Shown here: positions 11,097-23,878 of the stretch, in pieces
Numbering within the stretch: position 1 is the first letter of the stretch
How the letters are laid out: each line of letters starts with the position of its first letter
DNA from: Blastocystis sp. subtype 4
Lineage: Eukaryota
Reading direction: 5' to 3'
NCBI RefSeq assembly: GCF_000743755.1
Contig: NW_014569519.1
Span: 1-59,904, forward strand
DNA length: 59,904 nucleotides
Program-made: the position numbers and the translations under genes
The notes under the pieces: model-generated
The model's input: only the letters and a program-made list of their open reading frames with translations
Told to the model about the DNA's origin: nothing
Database searches by the model: none

Positions 11097-13137
11097 TCAC
11101 TCAATAAAACTATAGTAACTCTCTTTGTATACAGCACATACTTTAAATGATGTCACATTGGCATAGCGAACATTTAACCCTCTTTGGAAAACAGAATATG
11201 CTTTCTGCATTTTCAACGCTTCTCCTTCCAGGGAAGAAATGTAATTCTTACGAAAAGCTGAATCAGGATGCGGAAGATCCATGGCAAAAGCATGGTTCAA
11301 AATGAAAAATTGGTATCCAGCAGCTCGTAAATGTTCAATAAGTTGAACCTTATTATACCCATAATTGATGAAATGCTCATCAAACAACGGTGTGTCTCGA
11401 TGGTACCGAAGGAGAACATACGGCTCCTGGAAATCCGTAATGAAGCACCGTATTTTGGAAACGGGAGACGAGCGAGGTGCAAGATACCATTCAGGCATCA
11501 CATACATCTAATTGAAACTATCCTAACAACCTATACATGTGTCCGCATTCCATCCTTCGATGAATAGCAATGACCAGCCTGCATGCATGCTACTAGATCC
11601 GGCTTTGTTACAGGCATGTACTCCATAGCTCTACCATGTTATCTCGATTTATTGAACTTACAGCAATGCACACGACTCCACTGAGTAACAGTGATGCAAG
11701 AAGGCCTTGCGATCGAAGAAGAATGCAGGAAGTATCACTGCAACGTCATTTCTCTGGAGAATCTCCTCAGGGATCTTTTGCATCTCTGAAAAGGTGTTTC
11801 CTATCCTTCACTAGTGTCAGATCCAGTACGTGTTGGCCAGAGATCCATATCCAGAACCATGAAGTGAGAACTACGGACATTTCGGATGGCAGTATTACGA
11901 AGGAGATTCACAGGAAAGATGGGCGACTCCGATGGTTGATACAAGTACAAGAGAAGTGTTAGGCGTGAAGGTAAGAAATGTGTGGAGACAAAGTGAAGAA
12001 GCTCTTCCTGACTGGAAAGGGGTGCATAAACAACAATAACGATAGATCTGATGATAAGAAGGAGACAAGAAATACTCTGTCCAGTAGTACAAGACTTGAC
12101 GAAGGAACATAAGACGGTTAGGTCTAGAAATTAATCAATACAGTTAAAACAACGTTGTAACACAGATAGCAGTGACTGAGAAAGGTTGATTGTCACTAGG
12201 AAGACGGTAGTGATGCGTATCAAATACTTCCTCCATTTCCATATTGCCTCTGAAACCACGTAATAGAATGGGTGTGGAATGGAAATAAGAGGATGATTTG
12301 GAAAGAGAAGAGCGAGGCACACTCATGGTAGGGAAACGAGAGGGATACACTTGGATGGAAGGTATCTCGCAACCATCACATGCAGAGGCACCTTCTTCTG
12401 TATGAGAAAGGATTGAAAGAAGAGATTGACGTTTCTCAGCTAATTGCTTATCCTCCTCGTCTTTCCGTTTCCAAGCTAACTGGTACAAGCGCTGTCGCTC
12501 TTTAGTCCGATTACTTCCATGAAGTGTTTTCAAATATACTGTCTCCTCAGACGTGAAATACGTTTCAGGTCGAACATGTTGATCCAATAATGTTGTGAGG
12601 GAAGAATACCGCTTCATCTCCTTCGTGATTGTTGGTTTCAGTTTATCAAATATCCGATTCTGAATGAGATTAATCTGCTTGTATACTGGCTCCACTTTAT
12701 TGTATTCAACATGATCAGGAGGATATTGGTCATTTCTTGACCCTTTCTTGGAAACAGAACGCTTCTTCTGTTTCCTTTTGGACAGAGATGCTTTCGTTCG
12801 GACTATCAAAAGAGAACGAATCGATGGAACAACATCATAAAAAGAAAATGTAGCATTTGGAGTCGCCTCAAGCGTCGATTGGTCAATACTCGTTGTATCA
12901 AGGGGTTCCTGCTCTTCAACTGTCTGTGGAAGGACATTGAATTGTATTCGATACTAGGAGATAATAGGAAAACAGAGAACACACAGAATAGTGCGGCTTT
13001 AATAAGTGCAAATTTTCAAAAACACCATGTAATAAACTACTATATATGAAGTGAACGAAACAAAACAACAATTGACAGAACACAAGGATACCGGCACAAA
13101 GGAAGAGAATTGCTATTCCCTGTCTCAAAAAGTACAT
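11097..13137 (-). CDS. Type II membrane glycosyltransferase, GT49/LARGE-like C-terminal domain
   Basis: N-terminal TM anchor. EPYVLL...PLFDEHFINYGYNKVQLIEHL...FFILNHAFAMDLPH matches the GT49 signature region. Confidence 0.72.
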
Positions 13138-13202
13138 TTTCGAGAACCAGGGTGTGAAAAACAAACAAAGAATGATACACATTTCCAACAGAGCGCTGTA
13201 CC

Positions 13203-13800
13203 TTAAATATCGTCTCCGTCACTTGCCAACCATGCTTTTAAAAATTCGCTATCCTCACCTGAAGTACGTTTCTTCTTCTTAGGTCTTGCTCGATTCCCTA
13301 GGACATTCTTTGGGCATGTATAGGATGTATGACCTGTTTCCTAGAACTTAGATACAAAAAGAAGTCTTACACCACACTCAAAGCAATACTTGGCCTTGGA
13401 GTATTTTCGCTTCTTGATAAACTCACCACCTCTTCCATTGTCCTTCGCCCATTCAACCTTGAGAGTAAACTTCTTTCCATCAACACATCAAAACAGACAT
13501 ACCTCAACCTTCGTTCCATTGAGATCATCAATCGCCTTCTGAGCTGATTCTCTACTTGATGGAATCACTTCAACGAACCAAGTACTCAACAAATTGAATC
13601 CAAGCAACTCCTTTGCTTTCTCTTGTTTCCTTATCACGGAGGACTGTCACACTAAAAATAAATCGAAATAGCTAGACAAACCGAGCAATTCGCCCACAAG
13701 GCTCAAACAACTTCGCTACATCATTGTTTGTATACGAATATGGTAACATTGTCACATGAACTGTGCTTTTGATTGGCGAAAACCCAGTCCCTCCCGACAT
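13203..13800 (-). CDS. ZCRB1: U11/U12 snRNP 31-kDa protein (RRM + CCHC zinc knuckle)
   Basis: Spliced: MSGGTGFSPIKSTVHVTMLPYSYTNNDV...RESKGVAWIQF...AKDNGRGGEFIKKRKY...[20 protein letters not shown]. Not in the ORF track because of four introns. Confidence 0.88.
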
Positions 13801-13992
13801 TAGAAAACAATGATACCTCAACTCGAAGCGATAAACTCTTTTGCTTTCGACAAGTCCATGTTCGTCCTTTTCCTTTTTAGAATCTCAAGATAAATCCTAT
13901 TAAATAGAAACGATCCTATTCCTTATATCCAGTCCCAAAACTTTGAGAGCCATCTATTCCCATTGTACCCTATTTGTTTGATCGTTTCAAAA

Positions 13993-14985
13993 ATGGCTAG
14001 TGTTGGAGGTTTCTTTCGGGTATTCTTAGAATATGCTGCATGTAATAAATAGGGAACATCAGCAGGATCTGATTTCCGTTTTACTGATAGTGAAAAGAAG
14101 ATCATGAAAACGATGAAGTTTCCTGCTAACTTCAGTGAGAAGGTAAGGTAAGATGATTGGAATTATCGTCGTAGCTTGATGTTAAGAAAGTCAATCTCGA
14201 CATCATGAAGACGTGGATTGCAAAGGAAGTTGTATCAAAAGTAGGTTTCGAAGACGAAGTATTGATTGATATGATTTTCAACATGTTGACTCTTGATGAA
14301 GTGCGGTATAGAAAGAATGCATAATGTATAGGAGATTGATCCAAAGCACATTCAAGTAACATTAACTCCATTTTTGGAAAAGAACGCTGCTGCCTTTACA
14401 GAAAAGCTGTGGAATTTACTTTTGTCTGCTCAGAAGGATCCGATGGGAATTCCTGCAGAGTTTATTCAGCAACGTATGGAAGAAATTGAGAAGCAGAAAG
14501 TATCGTTTGATAAAGGATTTGATAGTTAGGAAAAGGAAAAGGCCACACAAGAGAAGATTCAAGAAACAATCGGAAACAAAGAAGAGACGTTAGAGTGAAT
14601 GATCCTTCTAATGGTTAGAGGAACTCAGGTGAAGGCTCCTTTGAAATTACTTCGACGTCGATATTCGAGGAGTCGTTCAGGGAGTCGTTCTCGACGCCGG
14701 CACTCTCGAAGTCGTTCCTATAATCGTCGTCATTCATATGGTCGTCATTCGAGGAGGAGTCATTCAAGAGATCGTCATCATTCTCCAAGTCATCATAGAC
14801 GAAGTCGTTCTAATCATGGGCGTCACTCCGACAGAAATAGTTCAAGTCATGAACGTCTTTCTGAAAAGAAAAGTCCTAGTTGTTCAACTAAGAAGCATCA
14901 AGATCCATCTTCCAATTCAGATTCTGGGGATTACAGTTACAGCTATTCAGATAGTTATAGCTATAGTGATTCCAAATCTGATTAA
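13993..14985 (+). CDS. SRRM1: PWI-domain, RS-rich splicing factor (SRm160-like)
   Basis: MASVGGFFRGTS...MKFPANF...WIAKEVVSKVGFEDEVLI...LWNLLLSAQ..MGIP, followed by an RS/RH-rich tail. Confidence 0.85.
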
Positions 14986-15021
14986 CGTGTTGTTTAGTTA
15001 TTGTTGAGTTCAAAACAAATC

Positions 15022-15698
15022 ATGGAAGAGGATCAAACTCAAAAGATTGAGGCTCTAAAGAGCAAGATTGCGGTACTAAAGGCAGTACGATATCATTTTC
15101 TACTTAGAATGGTAGGACCGTGACGACTTGTACATGAAGCTCTCTTTAGCTAAGCAAACCATCCAATCTCTTCATGATGATTTGGGGTAGAAATGAATGA
15201 ATTGATTTGAGAGAAAGACAGATTATGGAGTTCATCGTGGAAAAACGGAAGGATCTTAGTTTTATTGGACCAGAATTCTCAGCTGTATTTAATGGAGATG
15301 ATGAAATCCTAGTTCATGTGACTCTCCGAGACTTTTCTAATGTCTAGGAAATGGAATTCAATTATCCGAATCTCCACACTCTTGTTAACCGAGATTTTGA
15401 AACGGCATCCAAACGAACTCCTTCAATCAGCAGATTGAAGCTACGTGGAGTAGCCTTGTTTCGGGATGTAAATGCCTCTAATGTTGAAGCTATGTACCCT
15501 AATGTACTTTTTATTCTAGTCATGGACTTTAGATACCTGAGGAAGCTCTTACAAACTATTTATCTGTGATCTGGAACCAAATGACATTCTATGAGAAGAA
15601 AGTAAGCAACGAACGTTGTTGATGAGGAATAGAACTGGTTGGAAAAGAGAGTTATTTATCCTCGTAATGAAGAACAACAACAAACAAAAGAAGAGTAG
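15022..15698 (+). CDS. Hypothetical protein with N-terminal coiled coil
   Basis: MEEDQTQKIEALKSKIAVLK..., several ~30-nt introns, ends EEQQQTKEE*. Confidence 0.5.
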
Positions 15699-15738
15699 AA
15701 TGTACAATAAGAATGTTTGAGTTCATCACATGTCTACT

Positions 15739-18515
15739 TCAAAAACCATCGAAATGCTTGTAGTTTACAAGAGAATACTTCTTATATGCTTCAAATGTAT
15801 CTTCAAAGAGTCGAATATGACGCTTTTCATCTATCACATACAGCTTATTGCACACTTCCTCCACAAGATACTGATCATGGGTTACAATCACCAGACCACC
15901 ATTGAAAGCCTTCAACGTCGTGACCAGAGCTTCGATAGTGTCCATATCCAAATGATTGGTAGGCTCATCCAGCAGCAAGATGTGAGGTTGAACGTACGAG
16001 AGCGTTGCAAACACGACTCGCGATTTCTGACCTCCCGATAGCGTACCAATGGGCTAGAGATTACTCTTCCTCAAAAACCAAACTTGAATAGCCAGAGGAC
16101 CACTGATTCCAAACGATCCCAATAATCCTCTCAATTCCTGTTCTGTTGCTCGAGGAGCAATCTTCATCATGTGCTGAAGAGGAGTCAATCCATTCTCCAG
16201 AGAATCGATATGATGCTGAACAAAGTAACCAATCTTCAAGTTGTGATGACGGTAGATTTCGCCCTACTTTTCATTGCAACCTTTCAATCCCACTTTTTGA
16301 GGCTCCAATGAACTGTTGAGAATGTTCAGGAAGGTGGATTTCCCAATTCCATTGGGTCCCAGCAGAGCGATTCGGTCTCCCATTGTCACATCAAAGATCA
16401 CATCCTCAAAGATTGGTATGGATGACTCAGGATATGTGAAAGTGACTCCTGAAAGCTGCAAAATAGGACCATTGTACTAATACTCATGTTCATTCCATTC
16501 CTCCTACATTCAACGGCTCACACTGTGGGATCGAAAACTTGATCAGCGGCTCAGGAGGGTCCACAACAGATCCAGCCGATCGTTTTCCATTCTTCCATCC
16601 CCCATCGTTGCTATTGATCGATCCCAATCGCATTCCTCCCTAGTCCTTATTCATTCCACTCTAGCCAACATGACGCTGATCGTTCCATTTCTTCCCATCT
16701 AGAGTCTTCTCCAATCCGGTCTTATTCAGCTTCAGAATCCGTGAATGAATCGTACCACCCACATCAGACTTCGTCTACAACTTATTCATTCCACACTCTT
16801 CTACATTCGCACGCTGCTGTTTCTGAAGTCGAGCAATTTGGTCTCGAATATGAGCACGTTGATCATCCAGATTCTGTTGAAGGGTAGCCATCATTCTCTC
16901 TTTGTCTGTCTTCGCCTTGACAAAGGAATTGTAATCTCCAGGCCAGTAACGCAAATCCTTGTAAATGAATTGAATGATTTCCTCAGACACTTCATTCAAG
17001 AACTGCCGATCATGAGATACCACAATGGTTGTTCGAGGATAACTCTTGATATACTCTTGCAACCATAGAATAGCCTGTAGATCCAAATGATTAGTCGGCT
17101 CATCCAACAACAACATATCTGGTTGAATAAAGAGAGCACAAGCAATAGCAACACGCATTCTCCAACCTCCTACACTTCAATCCGTTTCCTTTCCCTTACC
17201 ACTGAGCTGACGAGTAGGCATGTGAATTCGTTCCTCTGTAAACTGTAATCCCTCGAGAATTGCATGAGCACGCTGTTCACATGTATTACTACCAATTTCT
17301 TTCAACCGATCGTCAATTTCCTGAAGACGAGAGACGATTTCATCGATTCGATGAACTTCCTGTTCTGTAGTCGTAGTATGATCTTCGAGAGATGATAATT
17401 CCGCTTCCAAGTCTTCGTGTTCCTATCAATCATTCTTCTTCTATGTCAATCACCTTCAATAAATTCAATCGTTCCTTATCGCTTCGAATTACCGTCTCCA
17501 GAACAGGAGTATCATCTCCTTCCACCTCTTGCTTCACATGTAATATCATGAGATAGTCAGGGAAACCATCAATACGAGCCAAAGCCATACGACGAAGTAA
17601 AGTTGACTTCCCCACACCATTGCGACCGACGAGACCATAATGACGTCCTGCATGGAGACGAAGTGTTGCTCCTGTAAGCAGTTCATTCCCGTTGATAGTG
17701 ATATTGACACGCTTCAAATCGACATCCCGACTTCGGCCCAGAGGACCTCGACTTCGAGGAAGGAAGATAGTATCAATACTACGTTCATTATCTTCCCACT
17801 CGTTTAAAATCTCCTCTTCAGTCGATATCTTCTTTCCAGCTTCCTTTTTCCTTCGCTCCTTCTTACCCACCTTGAGTTTTTCATCCTTTGAATTGTCCTT
17901 GTGTACGAAAATGTCACTTTCTGCTTTCAGTTTCGAAGAATCACACTCTTTTACTTCTTTTGCACTGTTCTCACTTGCAACTCGCTTCAAGACCACAATT
18001 AAGTCATCAATGGCCTTATTCACTTTAGCAGTGTCCGAACATGCCTCTAATAATAACGGATCTTCATATCATATAGATATTCATAGTATACAAAAGATAG
18101 AATGTACTTTCTCGTCATTGATCTGCAAAGCCCCTGAAAAGTCCTTCAAGACGAGTTCAATGTGTCTACAATAAAACTATCTTGTTAGTTCAACTTTTTG
18201 GATGCGCTATTCAGATGCGGAAAGAAAGGGATTAGTACATCTCGTGGAGTACAAGTTGACAAATCTACTAATTATCTTGTAGTAGAAGAGATACCCAATT
18301 CGTTGGCTACTTCAGCTTTGGCTAGATCCACAAGAGCTTTGGCTCTTGATATACATTCTCTCATTGTTTTTCCTGGAACTTTGGAAGCGATCAATCTATT
18401 GAACACACCTGAGGACGGAATACTTCCAACGTTCTCGGCGATCCATTGTCGCTGGATAGGTTTTCAAAGCCTCATCAAGTGCTTGTTGCTGTTCCAATGT
18501 CCAACTCTCACTCAT
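15739..18515 (-). CDS. ABCF-family (ABCF3/GCN20-like) ATPase with N-terminal SANT/Myb domain
   Basis: Two NBDs (GRNGVGKST, LSGG, LLLDEPTNHLD; GPNGIGKST, LLLDEPTNHLD) and no TM segments. 5' exons encode WTLEQQQALDEALKTYP...ERWKLIASKVPGKTMRECISR. Confidence 0.85.
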
Positions 18516-18790
18516 TTAGTTTTTTGTGGTTATGTACTAACGACATGTGCAAACTTTTCGCAGAAAACTCTGGGCGTTTCATTCGTAATACTATCTTGCT
18601 TCCCATACGTTTATTCGTGATTCTAGAAATGTAGATAGTATGTTTACAGTATTATTGATCCATTCTCCAAAGATAAAAGCTCTTCTCAGTTCGATTCTAT
18701 ATCACTCTAGAAATGTGGCAATGACTGTTTCCAGAGCTTCTAAGTGCATTGTGCATCAAGATATTGGAATTAATGAACCCTCTATTTCGT

Positions 18791-18805
18791 AGAATGTTCC
18801 AGAAA
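18791..18805 (+). promoter_or_regulatory. Heat-shock element (three inverted nGAAn units)
   Basis: aGAAtgTTCcaGAAa, about 75 nt upstream of the Hsp70 ATG. Confidence 0.6.
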
Positions 18806-18878
18806 TGTGGAAAAGTTCTCCGTTTCCTCTTTCACCTGTCTTCACATTTATTCTACCAATTGATTTGTTCATTCAGAA

Positions 18879-20939
18879 ATGAGCTTTATCACCAAATTCG
18901 CAAGGTCTTCCTTGAGACCTACTTTGGCTGGTCTGGTATTGGGTACTTATTGGACTTGACAAATAGGCAAAGACTCACATTCGTACGATGGCTACAGCTA
19001 CCGATTACATTGTTGGTATTGATTTGGGTACTACAACCTCGTGCGTTGCCATTATGGAGGTAGGTCGTACGTTGTTTCAATTCTTTTGTAGGGTTCTCAG
19101 ACTCGTGTTATTGAAAACTCTGAGGGTGCTCGTACCACTCCTTCGGTTGTTGCCTTCCTTGAAAACGGTGATCGTGTGGTGGGTATGGCTGCTAAGCGTC
19201 AGGCTGTCACAAATCCCAAGAACACTGTCTATGCTGCAAAGCGTTTGATTGGTCGACCTTACAGTGATCCCGAAGTTGAGAAGATCAAGAAGCTGGTCCC
19301 CTACGAGATTGTGAAGGGTGATAACGGAGATGCTTGGGTAAGTGTTCGTGGACAGAAGATGTCTCCTTCTCAGATTGGTTCTATGGTTCTGACCAAGATG
19401 AAGGAAACTGCTGAGAGTTTCCTCGGTTCTCCTGTGAAGAAGGCCGTTATTACTGTGCCTGCTTACTTCAACGATAGTCAGCGTCAGGCTACTAAGGATG
19501 CTGGACGTATTGCTGGTTTGGATGTACAGCGTATCATCAATGAGCCTACTGCAGCCTCTCTGGCTTATGGTCTGGACAAGAAGGATGGTCAGGTGATTGC
19601 TATTTATGATCTGGGAGGTGGTACCTTCGATATTTCTCTTCTGGAGATCAGTGGAGGTGTGTTCGAAGTGAAGGCAACTAATGGAGATACTCTGTTGGGA
19701 GGAGAGGATTTCGATGAGACATTGCTCCAGTATCTGGTGAAGACCTTCAAGCAGCAGCAGGGAGTGGATCTCTCCAAGGACCCCATGGCTATGCAGCGTC
19801 TGCGTGAGGCTGCTGAGAAGGCTAAGCGTGAGTTGGATGGACTGAAGGAAACTGAGATTAACCTCCCTTACATTACTGCCGATGCTACTGGTCCTAAGCA
19901 TATGCAGATCAAGGTGACTCGCTCTCAGTTCGAGAACATGGTGGAGCCTCTGGTGCAGCGTACAATTACACCTTGTGAGAAGTGTCTGAAGGATGCTGGT
20001 CTCAACAAGAGTGATATTAACGAAGTTGTGTTGGTGGGAGGTATGTCTCGTATGCCTCGTGTCCAGCAGAAGGTCCAGGAGTTCTTCGGTCGTGCTCCTA
20101 ACAAGTCGGTGAATCCTGATGAAGTGGTGGCTATGGGTGCTGCTATTCAGGGAGGAGTCCTGAAGGGAGATGTGAAGGATATTCTGTTGCTGGATGTTAC
20201 TCCTCTGTCTCTTGGTATTGAGACTCTGGGAGGAGTATTCACTCGTCTTATCAACCGTAACACGACGATTCCTTCCAAGAAGTCACAAGTGTTCTCTACT
20301 GCTGCTGATAACCAGACTGAGGTTACTGTAAAGGTGCTTCAGGGAGAGCGTGAGATGGCTGCTGATAACAAGCTCCTTGGTGAGTTCAACCTGGTTGGTA
20401 TTCCTCCTGCTCCTCGAGGTGTACCTCAGATTGAAGTTTCTTTCGATATTGATGCCAATGGTATCGTGAATGTGTCTGCTCGTGATAAGGGTACTGGAAA
20501 GGAGCAGTCTATTGTGATTCAGTCCAGCGGTGGTCTGTCAGAGGATGAGATCCAGAAGATGATCCATGAGTCAGAGAACTTCGCCGATCAGGATAAGAAG
20601 AAGAAGGAGATCATCGAGACTCGTAATGAGGCTGATAATCTTATCTACCAGACAGAGAAGCAGGTGAAGGAGCATGACAAGAAGCTGGATGATGCCACCA
20701 AGCAGGCTATTAAGACTTCCATTGATGAGCTTCGTACTTCTCTTCAGGGAGAGGATATTGAGGCTATCAAGAGCAAGTTGTCCGCTGTACAGCAGCAAGT
20801 GATGAAGATTGGAGAGCAAATTTACAAGAGTGGAGCTGCTCCTAATGCTCAGGCCGGTGCCAATCCCGGAGCTGATGCCAATGCGGCAGGAGAGAAGAAG
20901 GAAGATGTAGTGGATGCTGAGTTCACAGAGAAGAAATAA
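18879..20939 (+). CDS. HSPA9: Mitochondrial/MRO Hsp70 (mortalin/DnaK-type), two 5' introns
   Basis: Presequence [16 protein letters not shown], then GIDLGTTTS and the mitochondrial signatures GDAWV and SPSQIG. No EEVD or KDEL tail. Confidence 0.93.
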
Positions 20940-21017
20940 GGATATTTGTTTTTGGGACCATATTATTTAGCTGTATTGTTTGTTAGATATACGGTATAGT
21001 GGAGAATCACTTTTTAC

Positions 21018-22410
21018 ATGGTAGACTACAAGGTATTTTCGGAATCGCAGACAAGAGAACTAGCAGCTCAAGTAGACCGATCTCTCCCTCCGAATCTCCG
21101 GTTCTACAGATATGGGGATCGAATAACGCAGATCATCCGATTTCTTATTGAAAATGATATGGATGTTGCAAAGACAGTTGTTGCAATCAAGCAGACTGCA
21201 CTGTTTCGCAAATACTGGCATGCAGATGAGATTGCTATTTCCGATGTTCAGCAAGCTTTTGCAGAAATGCATTGCTTTCCTACAGGTGTTACAAACGATG
21301 GAAAAATCGTCTGGTATGCGGACTGCTTCATCCAACATCCTATAAAGATTGAGGACTTTGTACTTGCATCGATTTATATGATGGACGATATCCAGAAAAG
21401 ACTGTATGAGGGATGTCGTGAAAAGGGGATTAGAGAAGCCTACAAGGACTATTGTATCATCATCAGCGACACTGGAAAAACCAGTCTTTCTGCTTTCAGT
21501 ACTGAGATGCAAAAGGCGGGAGGTGATATCTTCATTCGCCATTTCCCCTCCTTTATGTCAATCAACAATATTTGTATTAACGATGATCCCACATTCAAGC
21601 CGGTCTATTCATGGGACACTTCTACGTTCTTTAATATAAATACTGCTTTCTACTTACGTGCCCTATGGAAGATATGCACCCTCTTTATGCCAGCCCGTTG
21701 GGCATATCTTGTTCAGTTGATCGGAGGTGAAGAGCTTCCAGATACGATTCCTAAGGAATTGATCCCGCAACGATATGGGGGAACGAACCCTTTAACCTTT
21801 CAGCAATGGCTGGAGGATTGTGCAAAAACAGATGGAGTGACTCTTGAGACCCCTCCACGCCAACTTGTAGAACAGCGTGTCTTGGATCAGTTCGGACAGA
21901 ACAATGGAATGATTGCCTCTGCCATTCCAGATACTGAGCTGAATGGATGGATGTGGAAAAGGACCAATGTGGGTCATCGTTGGCATCATTACTACTTCGT
22001 CCTTTTGAAAGATGGACTACTATACTACTTTAAGAGTGTCGACGATACTGATGCTCAGAATGGGTAGTGGATGCTGAGTAAACTCATTTCGTAGATTCAT
22101 GCTTGAAAACTGTAGAATTGTCGTTTGTGATGAGAATGAAGACCTCAAACGGGAAGGAATCACTTCAATCACCCTGGCTTCAAACATTCTGAAGTTTAAG
22201 AATCCCCCTCGTTTAGAAGCAGGACAGACGGAAGCAACTCGAGGAGCCGAACAGGATGGTGAGAACCACAAGTATTGGTTCATTCTTCGAACCCCTTCTC
22301 GAGATTATGTGTTTGCCTGTAATACAATGGACCAAAGGTCTCAATGGATGTTTGCTCTGAACAAGATCATTCATGAAGCTGATGCTCGTGCAGCAACAAT
22401 CCTAGATTAA
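21018..22410 (+). CDS. CRAL-TRIO/Sec14-like lipid-binding protein with C-terminal PH domain; intron near 22064-22093
   Basis: IIRFLIENDMDV...K and IPKELIPQRYGG (Sec14-like). GWMWKR...WHHYYFVL...LYYFK...RDYVFAC...WMFAL (PH). Confidence 0.78.
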
Positions 22411-22623
22411 TAATCTCATTTTGTTAATTATTTTTGTTCAAGAAATTGTGGATATTGAAGTCATTCTCATGATTTGATTACATCCCCCATCATTATCAAA
22501 AATGGCACCACAAATTGTCGTGTTTTATGTGACATGTATGACAAACATCATATTCTGCATATAATCGAGCGCAACGACAAATGACGAAATGATAGATTCT
22601 TATACTTATTTACGTGTATACGA

Positions 22624-23830
22624 ATGAAGGCTATATTATCGCTTTTTGTGATTGCAGCTGTCCTTGCTATCAACAATGTACGGTTTGGGCTTCCTTTTCA
22701 AATAGGGTATGGGTCTGAAACCCCAGATGGGATTCAATACCTGGAACAAATTCCACTGCGACATCAACGAGCAGTTGGCGAGAGATACTGCTGATGCTAT
22801 TGTGGAGAAAGGTTTGGACAAACTTGGTTATGTGTACCTGAATCTTGATGATTGCTGGCAGGTGAGTCGTGACAACAACAGTGTTATTGTGCCAGACCCC
22901 AAGACCTTCCCCTCAGGAATGAAGGCATTGGCCGATTACGTTCATGAGAAAGGACTTCTTTTTGGTCTGTACTCGGATGCTGGATACAAGACTTGTGCTG
23001 GAAGACCTGGTTCTCTGGGTTATGAGGAGATCGATGCTAAGACATATGCTGAATGGGGTGTGGACTATCTGAAGTATGATAACTGCAACACCGATGGAAC
23101 GACTCCTGAGCATCGTTACCCTGTGATGACCAAGGCTCTTCTGAACTGTGGTCGTGACATCTTCTTCTCAATGTGTGAGTGGGGTGTGGACAATCCTGCT
23201 GATTGGGCTCGTGCTGTGGGTAACAGCTGGAGAACGACCGGTGATATTAGCGATTCGTGGGATAGCATGCTGACTCTGGCGAACATCAATGAGAAATTGT
23301 GGCGTCGTGCTGGACCTGGTGGCTGGAATGATCCGGATATGCTTGAGATTGGTAATGGAGGTATGACCTATGAGGAGTACAAGACCCATATGTCTCTGTG
23401 GTGTCTCATGAAATCTCCTCTTTTGATTGGATGCGATTTGACTCAGGCCTCTGAAGAGACTCTGGAGATTCTTAGTAACACAGAGGCAATTGCTGTGAAC
23501 CAGGATGAACTGGGTGTGCAGGGTCATCGTGTGTGGTCTGATAAGGGAGGAAACAAGGAGGTTGATGGTGATGTGCCTGAAGGAGATCTTGAGGTGTGGG
23601 CTGGACCTCTGATGAGTGGTCAGTTCGCTGTTATTCTCTTCAATAAGAGTGGAGAGCCTAGAGACATCACTGCTAACTTCGAAGATTGCGGTATGAGAAA
23701 GGGTGAAGTGGCTGCTGTCCGTGATATCTGGATGCACAAGGATATTGGTACGTTCACTGGTAGTTATACTGGAACTGCCATTCCTAGTCATGGAGTTCTT
23801 TTCCTGATCATGACTCCCATTATTAACTAA
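22624..23830 (+). CDS. Secreted alpha-galactosidase, GH27
   Basis: Signal peptide exon. PQMGFNTWN, LDDCW, DYLKYDNC, WRTTGDI and GWNDPDML motifs. Confidence 0.92.
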
Positions 23831-23878
23831 ATGAGGTCACATACTCTTTGTTATTAAATACATGTCTTAACAAACATA

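Noticed and set aside
14660..14980. Repetitive CGTCGT/AGT-rich tract as a possible repeat array or CRISPR
   Set aside because: It is RS/YS low-complexity coding sequence of SRRM1, with no repeat-spacer structure.
19077..19901. 274-aa minus-strand ORF
   Set aside because: Antisense shadow of the codon-biased Hsp70 gene. The same applies to 23168-23791 (GH27), 46327-47199 (RPL15) and 47419-47874 (RPL10).
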